Source: Promethearchaeota archaeon (GTDB lineage Archaea > Asgardarchaeota > Lokiarchaeia > Sigyniarchaeales > SOKP01). Taken from it: 34,773 bases of DNA. This document shows, piece by piece, positions 17,774-27,522 of the stretch. Under the pieces are notes generated by a model, which saw only the letters and a program-made list of their open reading frames with translations, was not told where the DNA came from and searched no databases. Positions within the stretch are counted from its first letter, which is position 1. Every line of letters begins with the position of its first letter. The position numbers and the translations under genes are program-made. The stretch lies in contig RDOA01000040.1 of NCBI GenBank assembly GCA_011364925.1, positions 1 to 34,773 on the forward strand. Direction: 5' to 3'.

Positions 17774-20131
17774 ATGGTAAAGAAATCTGATTTGAAGAAA
17801 CTAAATTCCATCATGCAAGAAGGGAATGAGTATAAAAATTTAAAAGAATACAATAAGGCTGTTGAAAAGTATTTAGAAGCTTTAACCTTTGTAGAAGAAA
17901 AGGTAAATGATCCAAATGAACGGGAAGAGGAAACAACTAATATTAAATCACAGATAGATCAAATATATTCAGTTAATATTATTGATATAATCGAAACAGC
18001 GAAGGATTTTGTTGATAGAGAAGATTTCAAATCCGCTTACAACACATACGATGAAGCGGTAAGAATTGCAGATAAAATCGTTGATAAAGAAATGAGAGAT
18101 TACGAAGCAAAAGAGATTAATTACCTGATTAACAAGACTAAGATTGATGAATCTCTTATTCAAGGATTAGCAGCTAAAGAGAAAAAGCAACTTGATAAAG
18201 CAATCAGTATGCTTAGAGACACATTAAATGCTGCAAAAGAATTTTACATGGAAGATCTAGAGCCTGAAACAATTAAAAAAATTGAAAATGCTATTAATGA
18301 AACATATTCGTTAAAGGTAGATATTCTAATTGACAAAGCTAACAATTTAAAAGAGAGCAAGAATCTTGATAGCGCGCTTGAGACTTATGCTGAAGCTCTA
18401 AAATTAGTAGACAATTATTTTGAATCTGAATTAAAAAAAAAAGACAAAAATAATTTAGAAAATCTCGCAAATCAAATCTTAACAGAGAGAATTAAAACTT
18501 CTATGGATGAGGGTCAGAAATTTTACAGAGAAGACCAATTCAATGAAGCTGTAAAACAATTTGAACAAGCTATGCAAATTTCTAAAAAATTGTATGACGG
18601 TGATTTAAAGAAATCAGAGATCAAAAAAGTAAATTCCGTTGCGTCTGAAGTGTTAAATCCAATCTATTTAGAAAAGCTTAATCCTATTTTGACTAAAGGA
18701 AAGGAATTAATAGTAAAAGAAAATTATGAGGATAATGTAAACACGGTAAATGAAGCACTTACTCTATTTGAAAAATCTCTTGAAATTTCGAATTTTATGG
18801 CGGATTCTTTGGAAAAAACTGAAAAAGTAAGTGAAATCACTAATTTAATAGAAAACACTTGTAAAACTCGTATTAAATATATTAAAGAAAAATCAATTCA
18901 AAAAATTGGACAAGGCGATTACGAACGTGCAGTTAATGATTTATACGCTGCAATCAGCGTTGCTAAAAGAATGCCAATAGCAGAAGAAGATAACGAAGAT
19001 TTAGAAGACTTAAAAAACACTGTGAACAAAGTATACCTCGCTCAGATTGAAGAAGTAGTTCAGAATGGTACTAATAAATTAAGTGATAAAGAATACGACG
19101 AAGCTATAAAAGTCTTTAATAGAGCATTGGAAATGACTAATAAAATGTATCTGACTTCTGAAATGGAAGAAGAAATAAATAGAATAAAAGGATTAGTGTA
19201 TCAAGCTGAATTAAAAGATTTAGTTGATCGAGGTGAGATGAATGAAGAGTTGCAGAAATATGAAAAGGAACTAGAAAAACTCAACAAAAAAATGGAGTAT
19301 GCAAAAACCATAGGTGATGCCACCCGAAGATTCCAAGAGATGGAGCAAATTAAAAAGTCAATTGATGAAGTCTTTCATTCAAAAATCAAGTTGTTAGTCG
19401 AACAAGGCGTGCAACTGGCAAATAATAGGAAGTTTGATGATTCTTTCAAAAATTTTGAAGCTGCTATTACAATTAACGAATCAATAGAGAGCCCCGAATA
19501 TAAAAACCGTATTGCCATTAAATACGAATATAAAATGAAATTAATTGAGAAAGCTCAATTAGAAATTGAAGACCAAAAGTATGACACAGCTATCGATGAT
19601 TGTAATAAAGCACTTGAATTGGATAGCACATTCTTAGATGCATATTTTTATATTGGGGTAATACATCACAAGAAGCATGATTATGAGACCGCTATTAATT
19701 ATTTTAAAAAATCCATTGATCTTAATCCAAAATTCGCTAAATCATGGAATCATATGGGACTTAGTTACGAAAAATTAGATCAGTATGATGTGGCAATAAA
19801 TTCCTACAAAAAAGCGGGGGAATTTGAACCATATTACGCTTTAGCGCACTATAACTTAGCAAACGCTTATAAGCACGAAAACCAATTCGACAATGCAATC
19901 AAATCATACAAAAAAGCAACTGAAATAGATCCTGATTATGCAGAAGCTTTTCTTTTTATGGGTGCAACATATTTTGATAAAAATGAGTATTATCCAGCAA
20001 TCGAACTTTTCGAAAGAGCTATCGAATTACAACCAGTATTAGGGAAAGATTTAGACAATCTGCTAACAAGTTTTAAGACAAATGTGAAAAATATAGCTGA
20101 AACGCTCTCAAAAAAGTTTCTTGATAAATAA
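17774..20131 (+). CDS. Large tetratricopeptide-repeat protein
   Basis: Long helical-hairpin repeats (A...Y..AL) in the N-terminal part and about 5 canonical TPRs at the C-terminus (e.g. AHYNLANAYKHENQFDNAIKSYKKATEIDP). Confidence 0.88.
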   Translation: MVKKSDLKKLNSIMQEGNEYKNLKEYNKAVEKYLEALTFVEEKVNDPNEREEETTNIKSQIDQIYSVNIIDIIETAKDFVDREDFKSAYNTYDEAVRIADKIVDKEMRDYEAKEINYLINKTKIDESLIQGLAAKEKKQLDKAISMLRDTLNAAKEFYMEDLEPETIKKIENAINETYSLKVDILIDKANNLKESKNLDSALETYAEALKLVDNYFESELKKKDKNNLENLANQILTERIKTSMDEGQKFYREDQFNEAVKQFEQAMQISKKLYDGDLKKSEIKKVNSVASEVLNPIYLEKLNPILTKGKELIVKENYEDNVNTVNEALTLFEKSLEISNFMADSLEKTEKVSEITNLIENTCKTRIKYIKEKSIQKIGQGDYERAVNDLYAAISVAKRMPIAEEDNEDLEDLKNTVNKVYLAQIEEVVQNGTNKLSDKEYDEAIKVFNRALEMTNKMYLTSEMEEEINRIKGLVYQAELKDLVDRGEMNEELQKYEKELEKLNKKMEYAKTIGDATRRFQEMEQIKKSIDEVFHSKIKLLVEQGVQLANNRKFDDSFKNFEAAITINESIESPEYKNRIAIKYEYKMKLIEKAQLEIEDQKYDTAIDDCNKALELDSTFLDAYFYIGVIHHKKHDYETAINYFKKSIDLNPKFAKSWNHMGLSYEKLDQYDVAINSYKKAGEFEPYYALAHYNLANAYKHENQFDNAIKSYKKATEIDPDYAEAFLFMGATYFDKNEYYPAIELFERAIELQPVLGKDLDNLLTSFKTNVKNIAETLSKKFLDK

Positions 20132-20233
20132 TCTCGGATTTAAAATTAAATAGTAAAAAATAACATTGCTCCTTAGAAGGTTTTAATAGAAAAAGTATAA
20201 AGAAAAATAAGAAAATAGAGAAGTTATATCTAA

Positions 20234-21130
20234 TTATAGTAGATTACTTGCGTATTGACCTACTAAATATTCAATTTTTGATGAGTCGTATTCTGCCTTC
20301 TCAATTTCTGGACACATATGTTCGAGATGATGAAGCAACTCACTCAAACCGTCTTCTGCTTCTTGGATGTTACCTGAATCAGAATCACTCAAAACAATTG
20401 AGCCCATTAAATTCTTAGATCGTTTGAATATTATTAGATGCCCACCCATTTTAAGTTGATTTAAGTCAGTATTGAAGGATTCCCTTATAAAGCTATTAAT
20501 CGCTGCAAATAACCCTCCCTGGAGGATATCTTGGTTGCTAGACGATGTTAACGGAATACCACCCTGATCAAATACCGTGATTGCTTTAGGACTAATCCTC
20601 TTTTTCAGATGTTTACCGGTCAATTTGTAATATATTTTCATAAACGCTTTTACAATACCGAATCCTGTTCTGCATGAAATTGGGATAATTTCAAAAGATG
20701 GTAATTTTTTCAAGTCTAACGCATCAATTATCTCCCCTATTGAGGCAACGGGTTGAAGATCATATTTATTTGCTAAAACAATCAATGGTTTTTTCTTAAA
20801 TACAGCTGCCAATCTCCACAATTCATCTTTAGCTTCTGAAAATCTTTCTCTCGCATAAGCATCAATCATAAATATAACACACTCTGCTTCGGATGCTTCT
20901 CCTAGCCAAAGTTCACGAAAATCAGATTGCCCGCCCATGTCCATAATATTAATTCTAATACCTTGAACCTCCATAGTATTTAATTCTTTTCCCATTGTTG
21001 GAGGGTGCTCAATAAATGTCCCACTTTGTAGGAACGAGACCATAGTTGTTTTACCAGCAGAATCTAGTCCACATATAACAACTTTCTTTTCTTTGGTAAA
21101 AACCCTTTTAATAATATCTTTCAGTGTCAT
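20234..21130 (-). CDS. Arf-like small GTPase fused to a C-terminal longin-like domain
   Basis: Amphipathic N-helix MTLKDIIKRVF; GLDSAGKTT, PTMG, DMGGQ, NKYD, SCRTG; C-terminal AITVFDQGGIPL...LQGGLFAAINSFIRE...LKMGGHLIIF longin pattern. Confidence 0.88.
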   Translation of the reverse strand: MTLKDIIKRVFTKEKKVVICGLDSAGKTTMVSFLQSGTFIEHPPTMGKELNTMEVQGIRINIMDMGGQSDFRELWLGEASEAECVIFMIDAYARERFSEAKDELWRLAAVFKKKPLIVLANKYDLQPVASIGEIIDALDLKKLPSFEIIPISCRTGFGIVKAFMKIYYKLTGKHLKKRISPKAITVFDQGGIPLTSSSNQDILQGGLFAAINSFIRESFNTDLNQLKMGGHLIIFKRSKNLMGSIVLSDSDSGNIQEAEDGLSELLHHLEHMCPEIEKAEYDSSKIEYLVGQYASNLL

Positions 21131-21338
21131 ATTACCTCAAATCCTGTACTAGATTTTATATAAAATTATAGTAAAAGTATTGAGTTTTAAATAGTTATTT
21201 TTTTATCAAAATGTGACACATTGAAACATACTTAATTATTTTTGCACACAAATATGGAATTGCCTAGGAAAAATTAACTTGATTTAAAAAGTGCATTCTT
21301 GAGAAATTTAAAAAAATAAGAAAAAAAAGATTCAAAAT

Positions 21339-21995
21339 TTATTCCTTCATAACCAATTTAGTTATCCAAGTGTTCATAATTTTTTCTTCCTTTTTGGAAT
21401 CTGGCCAAATATAGCGTTCATAAAAACCTTTAGTACCTGCAAATAGAGTTACCATTGCCACAGTTCTAAAGCTTATAAAAATTATCGGCGTAGTTGGTCC
21501 TATAGTTTGACCTAACCCCCATATGAGGAAAAATAGGCCCATTCCTACAGCTAATCCGTTGTGTCTTCTTTTACCATCTCTAATAAGTATGTATGCTGAA
21601 CCATAACTAACAATCATAGCATATAATATAAATGGCATAGAAGAATTAACGAGTGCTCTTCCAAAAATAATATAAAAAGAGATAATAATCGGCAAGGTGT
21701 ATAGTTTGTTTAATTTTTTAAGGAAAAACATAAACTCTAATTGAATTATGAATAAAATATTTCCAATCAGAATTCCGATAGTAATATAACCAAACAAAAC
21801 TCCATCTAAGTTTAAATCACTAACATATGTTATTATGTCAACTATTGAGCGGAGTAGTACAGCTGCTATATATGCTGATATAGCAATTAATATTCGATTT
21901 TTGTTCTCCTTCCAATCCCTTAGAGTATTGCGCATCGACAGTATTCCTAATATGAAGTAAACGGATTCAATAACTAAATATGTCCATTCAACCAT
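21339..21995 (-). CDS. Uncharacterised 7-TM membrane protein (paralog 2)
   Basis: Seven hydrophobic segments by eye; RHNGLAVGMGLFF in helix 6; ATG directly follows the upstream TAA. Confidence 0.75.
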   Translation of the reverse strand: MVEWTYLVIESVYFILGILSMRNTLRDWKENKNRILIAISAYIAAVLLRSIVDIITYVSDLNLDGVLFGYITIGILIGNILFIIQLEFMFFLKKLNKLYTLPIIISFYIIFGRALVNSSMPFILYAMIVSYGSAYILIRDGKRRHNGLAVGMGLFFLIWGLGQTIGPTTPIIFISFRTVAMVTLFAGTKGFYERYIWPDSKKEEKIMNTWITKLVMKE

Positions 21996-22658
21996 TTATT
22001 TCCCACCCTCCTTAAATACTCTAAAATATCCAAGAGAAAAGACTAAGATGAACGCACTATAAACTAGTATTGAAATTTGAGTAACCCAATGATTAAGGGT
22101 AGCATCTCCAAAATCAATAGCTATAGTCACAAAAGCTATTGTAAAAAAGATTGCTAAACCAAGAGCCCCATTGTCTTTTACTCGAATCCCTGTAACATAT
22201 AAAAAAATAACACCAGCTAAACCTGTAATAATAATATACATTTCAAGCCAAGCATCATAGCCTGTCAAAAAGAAAAAAACGATCATCCCTCCATAAAAGA
22301 ATAAAGCTGAATATTGTAAAGATTCCCATCGATACGCAAAGAAAATCATTGTTAAACCAAAGGTAACCATGGTTCCAATTAAAAAACCGTAAATATTAAA
22401 ATTGGTTATTCCACTACCGAACCACTCGTCCAATAGAGTCAATCCTGGCATATATTCTAATATTAATTCTATTATCCCAAGAACAGAAAAACTAAAAAAA
22501 ACTCCAAAGATTAACACTCTAATTGGATTGTATTTTCCTGTGGCTTTCTTTTGTTTTAGTAGCTTTCTCCCTAAAATAAAAGTAGCAAATGGAATTAGGA
22601 GGCCATCCAAAAAAAGCCCGAGTTGCGTTATGATATAATCAATTTGTGTGATATCCAT
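21996..22658 (-). CDS. Uncharacterised 7-TM membrane protein (paralog 1)
   Basis: Seven hydrophobic segments by eye; KDNGALGLAIFF in helix 6; TAATG overlap with the upstream gene. Confidence 0.75.
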   Translation of the reverse strand: MDITQIDYIITQLGLFLDGLLIPFATFILGRKLLKQKKATGKYNPIRVLIFGVFFSFSVLGIIELILEYMPGLTLLDEWFGSGITNFNIYGFLIGTMVTFGLTMIFFAYRWESLQYSALFFYGGMIVFFFLTGYDAWLEMYIIITGLAGVIFLYVTGIRVKDNGALGLAIFFTIAFVTIAIDFGDATLNHWVTQISILVYSAFILVFSLGYFRVFKEGGK

Positions 22659-23152
22659 TAAAAGAAACTCCCCTTTAAATCTGGTTTTTGTTTTAAAACT
22701 TCTGCTTTAATTTCTTTGAAAATTCTTGAAAAATCAATCAGTAGATCCTTGATGTATATATCTTCTTCATTATTAATTCCCTCATATATAGCTTTATGAT
22801 ATTCCGTAAGAATATCTTCTTTTAGCATTCCATTTTCATCTAACTTGTCGACTAAAGCTTTTAAAACCGGCTTGTATACTTCAACTTTCTCCCGTTTATG
22901 TAGTAGAACTGAGAATGAAAATAGATCATCTCTAGAAGCTAACTGGTGAACTTTAAAGACATAAGATAGAACTTGGTATTTCTTATAGCGATCCTCGTAA
23001 AAATCTCCGACTTTAGCTCCTACAGGAAAACATGAGTTAAGGATGCCTTCCTCGTCTCCAATGCCACTCACCGAAGGAAATGAGCTTAAAATTTCCGGAT
23101 TACTCCCTACAAAACCACCAAGTTTTGCAAGAATTGCGTAATCGCTCGCCAT
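22658..23152 (-). CDS. uDENN/longin-like domain protein
   Basis: YAILAKLGGFVGSNPEILSSFP...ILNSCFPVG...VLSYVF..RDDLFSFSVLL resembles the uDENN P.il..FP / CFP.G signature. Confidence 0.6.
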   Translation of the reverse strand: MASDYAILAKLGGFVGSNPEILSSFPSVSGIGDEEGILNSCFPVGAKVGDFYEDRYKKYQVLSYVFKVHQLASRDDLFSFSVLLHKREKVEVYKPVLKALVDKLDENGMLKEDILTEYHKAIYEGINNEEDIYIKDLLIDFSRIFKEIKAEVLKQKPDLKGSFF

Positions 23153-23408
23153 TTTTCAATAACCTACTTTTTGATTCTCAAACTAGTTAAAATTGATGAA
23201 TTCCAACTAATTTGTATTAGACAGAACATGTAAGTTTTAACTTAAAAATCAAACAATTTTTTGTGTATTTTGTGATGATGAATGTCACATAATTTTTTAT
23301 AAAAACCAAATTTTTGTGTTAAAATCTTAAAGATTTACGATTCTTTAAAAATTCTTCACAAATTGAACAATTTACGAATCCTAAATGAAAGAAACTTCAA
23401 ATTATAGT

Positions 23409-24674
23409 CTAGAAACTCATTGCTTTTAGGAATTTTGGCCATAAAGTCATTTTTGAGATTACGGGTATGGCTGCAAAAAGTTGTTCGCCTACCCATCTAT
23501 CGTAGTCAGTATTGTGTGTTGATAAATCTTGGTTAATGTGTGCCTCGTAAATGTATTGTCGCACGGTCTTATTTGTATTTAAAAGATTAGTATACGCATT
23601 CCACAATGTCTTGCTTGAAGCACTCTCATTATAGAAAAGGTATTCACAGGCATTACCATTTCTAAAATAAGTAAACAAAACTCGGGCAACCTCGTCATCA
23701 TATTTCTTTAACTCAGTCTTTGTAAAATTAGAATTGCCTTCAAGTAGAGAATTCAGCAAGGTTGCAGCAATATGAGCACTCGCTAATCCACACAAGATGC
23801 CTTCATAAAAGAACGCAGTAACTAATCCGGCTGCTTCTCCTAGTACGATAACTCGATCTTTTGAAAAGGAGCTAATTGGGTGCTTCGAAATTCCTCCAGA
23901 AACACATGGTAAATTTTCATCCCATTTTATTCCTTTCATAAATGGTTGAATTTTTTGATAGTTTTTGAGAATTCTTATTAGCTTTTCCCTAAGTTCTGGG
24001 GGACTTTCTCGATTCCCTAAGTAACCCGTTGCAATTCTTCCTTTTCCAACATTAAAGAAAAAAGGTCCGTTCTGGCTTATATTGTGATTTAAATGAAACA
24101 TATATTGGAAACTAAAATTTTCATTTAGGATAGATTCATCTGCATAAATATTAGTATAAATTCCCATATAAGATTCGGGAGTTTCAAAACCAAGGGATTT
24201 TTGTAAAGGGAAACCTCGAGAACCTGTGGCTAAAACCAAAAGTTTAGTAGTAAACGATTCCCCTTTATTATTAACAACTTCAATATAATCTGTATGACGG
24301 ACGATTTTTGTAATATTTTCGTTAAATCTGGTTATTCCTCCTTGGTCTTTGAACTTATCGATGAGTTTTTGGAGTAAAATTTCTGTATGCGATATTTTAC
24401 CTAATGGCGCTCCAAATTCTTTAGAGCTTAATAAGCCGTTATATTTTTCACTTTTGTAATTTAGTTGAATAAATGGTCGTGGAAATATCGTATCATCGTT
24501 CCAAAAAACATCATCTACAAATGGTTTATTATGCTCAGCAAATATGTTAGTTCTAACTGGAATTTCTCGATCGTAGTCTTGAGCTTCTATGAGAAGCGTT
24601 TTTGCGTATTTTGAAGTTTTGTAGGCGAAAGATGTACCAGAAATGCCCGCGCCAATAACAATAAAATCATACAT
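23409..24674 (-). CDS. FAD-dependent oxidoreductase, geranylgeranyl-reductase-like
   Basis: YDFIVIGAGISG Rossmann motif, LVLATG, and GEAAGLV..FFYEGI (variant of GDAAG..P..GEGI). Confidence 0.8.
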   Translation of the reverse strand: MYDFIVIGAGISGTSFAYKTSKYAKTLLIEAQDYDREIPVRTNIFAEHNKPFVDDVFWNDDTIFPRPFIQLNYKSEKYNGLLSSKEFGAPLGKISHTEILLQKLIDKFKDQGGITRFNENITKIVRHTDYIEVVNNKGESFTTKLLVLATGSRGFPLQKSLGFETPESYMGIYTNIYADESILNENFSFQYMFHLNHNISQNGPFFFNVGKGRIATGYLGNRESPPELREKLIRILKNYQKIQPFMKGIKWDENLPCVSGGISKHPISSFSKDRVIVLGEAAGLVTAFFYEGILCGLASAHIAATLLNSLLEGNSNFTKTELKKYDDEVARVLFTYFRNGNACEYLFYNESASSKTLWNAYTNLLNTNKTVRQYIYEAHINQDLSTHNTDYDRWVGEQLFAAIPVISKMTLWPKFLKAMSF

Positions 24675-24739
24675 AAAGTCCCAAAATCTTTAACCATAAA
24701 AAAATGTTATTTTATCTTTCCGATTCTTAGATGTTTGCT

Positions 24740-25492
24740 TTAAATTATGTTTTGGATTACTCTTGTAATCTTTGCTAAATTAACTTCAGCCATACCTAAG
24801 GGGACAGAAGAACCGAATAACACTACAATTAGTAATGGATCCAATTTCCACGGAATATTTATGATTCTGGAAAATACTTTCTCGTCATTTTCTAAACTGT
24901 AGAAAGTTAAGGCGTATTCGTTGGCTACAATATGTCTAATTTCTAACTCTTTTAAAGAAGACAAAAGGATTTCGTATGGTAATGATGAGAAAATTACCTT
25001 TCCGTTGATTGAAAACAATGCGGCCCCTAAAATCTCGTTTTCAAAAACGAGTTTGTTAAAGAGATCAATAATCTTTTTGTACAACGGTTGACTTGACTCT
25101 AATTCCTCTTCCCCTGTAATGATTGATTCAATCTTTGCGTCAAATTCTGGGTTTTCGATAATTTGATATGGCTCAACTTCATTATTTGCGAGAAATTCTT
25201 TAAATTCACGAACGATGCTGATTAACCTAGATTCTATAAACAACAAGCTTGCGCTCGAATCAGCTAAGATCGCGAATATAAAATCCCCCTCTACTTTGAA
25301 GGCAAACCTAAAACCACCCATTTCGAGAATTTCTGGGGTTTCTTTCGATATAACACTTTCAGAAAATGAAAAAATCGCGGAAAAGAAAGGCGTAATTAAA
25401 TTTGGTTCAATATTTTCAAAATCACTTGTGATATTTCTACTGTATAAACAAGCTCCCGCTTTATTTAGAATAAAAAGTGAGTGAATTTTCAT
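24740..25492 (-). CDS. Longin domain + roadblock domain fusion protein
   Basis: MKIHSLFILNKAGACLYSR...LITPFFSAIFSF (longin, sybindin/adaptin-sigma-like start); C-terminal ILGAALFSINGKVIFSS...VPLGMAEVNL (roadblock). Confidence 0.72.
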   Translation of the reverse strand: MKIHSLFILNKAGACLYSRNITSDFENIEPNLITPFFSAIFSFSESVISKETPEILEMGGFRFAFKVEGDFIFAILADSSASLLFIESRLISIVREFKEFLANNEVEPYQIIENPEFDAKIESIITGEEELESSQPLYKKIIDLFNKLVFENEILGAALFSINGKVIFSSLPYEILLSSLKELEIRHIVANEYALTFYSLENDEKVFSRIINIPWKLDPLLIVVLFGSSVPLGMAEVNLAKITRVIQNII

Positions 25493-25687
25493 ATTGAACT
25501 ACACAGAATTATAGCTATAAAAACAATAAAAGAATTTACTCTTTTAAGTATTGTTAAAAGATTTATATTGACTTTCTAAGGCTATTTCGTCAAATTAGAG
25601 TGTACTTTTCTCTCATGCAGTTGATTTAATTTTTTATAATCATGACCTTTAAATACAAAGAGAAATGTTCTTAATTAAGAATTGAGA

Positions 25688-25700
25688 TTGTGATTCACAA
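25688..25700. promoter_or_regulatory. Perfect palindrome TTGTGA-T-TCACAA, candidate operator of the thioredoxin-regulator operon
   Basis: Lies downstream of TATA-like TTTAAATA (25648-25655), a repressor-type position. Confidence 0.45.
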
Positions 25701-25736
25701 CCTCACATTTTAATTACTTAGAAAAATGAAAGAAAA

Positions 25737-26144
25737 ATGAGTGAAAACGATTTGGATAAGATTCGGCAAAAGAAAGCCGAAATGTTGTTAAAAGCACAGT
25801 CTATGCCAACTGAAATAGTCAAAATTCATTCGGCGGAAGAATTTAACCAACTGAAAGCAGATTTTCCAGATAAGATTTTAATAATCGATTTCTGGGCAGT
25901 ATGGTGCTCACCGTGCATGATGTTTGCTCCAGTGTTCGAAAAGATTCAAAAAGAGAATTCTCAAGATTTTATCTTTGTTAAGGTAAATGTTGACGAAGTA
26001 GGTGCTATTGCTCAACAATACAGGATTACAGGAATTCCTACTACATTGTTCATTAAGAACGATAAAGTCATTCATAAAATTGTAGGCGCGGTAAACGAAG
26101 ATCACATGAAGAGAGTCTTAGAGAAACTAAAATCTTTTGCGTAA
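25737..26144 (+). CDS. trxA: Thioredoxin
   Basis: IIDFWAVWCSPC, KVNVDE and GIPT cis-Pro motif. Confidence 0.93.
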   Translation: MSENDLDKIRQKKAEMLLKAQSMPTEIVKIHSAEEFNQLKADFPDKILIIDFWAVWCSPCMMFAPVFEKIQKENSQDFIFVKVNVDEVGAIAQQYRITGIPTTLFIKNDKVIHKIVGAVNEDHMKRVLEKLKSFA

Positions 26145-26189
26145 TACAATTTTTATTTTTAATTTTTAAAATTTTTTTGGTGTAAATTA

Positions 26190-26621
26190 ATGGAGAGTAT
26201 CTCAAAACAGTTAAAAGAAATGGTAGATGAAAAACAAATTTTCAGTTGTTCAAAACTTTTTAAATGTATTATAGGACTGAATGATTTAGAGTCGAATGTC
26301 TTTTCGTATATATTAAAACACGACGATGCAACAACCATGAACCTAACTGAAGAATTTAATAAAGATCGAAGCTCGATTCAAAGAGCTCTGATAAGGCTTA
26401 CTGATGAACTTGACGTTGTTCAGAAGCGTTCAGTATCGTTAAAAGAATATTTAGGCGAAGAAGAAACTAGTAAGCGAGGATATCTATATGTATACAAAGC
26501 AAAAGATCTAGATTTGATTAAAGAGCAATTAAGAGAATTACTCAATAGATGGTATGAATCGATGTCAGGATATATTGATAATCTAGATAGTATTTTTGAT
26601 TGTATTGTAGAGCAAAATTAA
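26190..26621 (+). CDS. Archaeal winged-HTH transcriptional regulator (TrmB-like, COG3355 type) with conserved Cys residues
   Basis: C..L.KC..GL...E, DRSSIQRAL recognition helix, RGYLYVY wing. Confidence 0.8.
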   Translation: MESISKQLKEMVDEKQIFSCSKLFKCIIGLNDLESNVFSYILKHDDATTMNLTEEFNKDRSSIQRALIRLTDELDVVQKRSVSLKEYLGEEETSKRGYLYVYKAKDLDLIKEQLRELLNRWYESMSGYIDNLDSIFDCIVEQN

Positions 26622-26626
26622 CTTTA

Positions 26627-27481
26627 CTATTTCAACAGTTTCTTAATTTCCTTTTGCATCTCGTTCCATAATGCTATTCGTTTAATAATAGGTTTTCCTT
26701 CTATAATTAAGCCTCTAGAAATGCCGTATTTCTGAATAATTTCTCGATTATCTGTTTTAATGGCTTTAAACTGAAGATTTGGATTTTCCTCTATATTTTT
26801 GTTTAGATCATCAATCATAAGTTTTGACCATGGGCATTGTGAATTATAAAAAGCGACTAGACAATTATCCCTTTCATTTTGAAGATTTTCGTATTGTGGA
26901 TATATGAGTTTAGGGGGATTCTCGGCACCCAAATCCAAATGAAGAAGAACCCGACTTCCGTCTCTTTCAATCTCTTTTAATCCAAACTTCTTAAAAAATT
27001 CAAAAGGCATATAGTTTATTGAGGTTCCGCACCATTTATCTCCTTCATATGCGATAGTGCTTACTCCTCCAATATCTTTTGCTCTAGTGATAAGGTATTC
27101 AATTAGAGCCTTTCCAACACCCTTACCCCAGAAAGGAGGTAAAATCCATATACAATTAATGAATAATGAGTTTTCCCCCTTAATTGGCTCAATTGCGCAT
27201 TCTATGGGAACACATTCTAATAAACCCATAGGTACTTGCCCATTTACGGCCAAGTCAGAATGAAGCATTTTCCCCGCCCATTTATAATGAATTTCTTCGT
27301 TTTTCGGTTCTTCTAGCGCGACGAATATTTCAAGCCCGATTTCCATCATTTTCTTAATCCAAACAAGGCGATCACTCATTCCTTTTTGCATTTCAGCTAT
27401 TGATTCTTTCCCTACGCTTGGATCAAGGCAGATTGTGGGAATAAAATCTAATTCTGCTTTTGATATCTTCTTTACAATCAT
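26627..27481 (-). CDS. GNAT acetyltransferase with C-terminal YoaP-like thioredoxin-fold domain
   Basis: INCIWILPPFWGKGVGKAL, FFKKFG and QCPW motif. Confidence 0.8.
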   Translation of the reverse strand: MIVKKISKAELDFIPTICLDPSVGKESIAEMQKGMSDRLVWIKKMMEIGLEIFVALEEPKNEEIHYKWAGKMLHSDLAVNGQVPMGLLECVPIECAIEPIKGENSLFINCIWILPPFWGKGVGKALIEYLITRAKDIGGVSTIAYEGDKWCGTSINYMPFEFFKKFGLKEIERDGSRVLLHLDLGAENPPKLIYPQYENLQNERDNCLVAFYNSQCPWSKLMIDDLNKNIEENPNLQFKAIKTDNREIIQKYGISRGLIIEGKPIIKRIALWNEMQKEIKKLLK

Positions 27482-27522
27482 AATTTCTTAAATTCTAAAT
27501 ATAGAAAGGCCAATTCTTTTAA

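Noticed and set aside
21339-22658. 7TM proteins as microbial rhodopsins (schizorhodopsin/heliorhodopsin)
   Set aside because: No DxxxK/SxxxK retinal-binding lysine in mid helix 7 and no RYxxW-type helix 3 motif.
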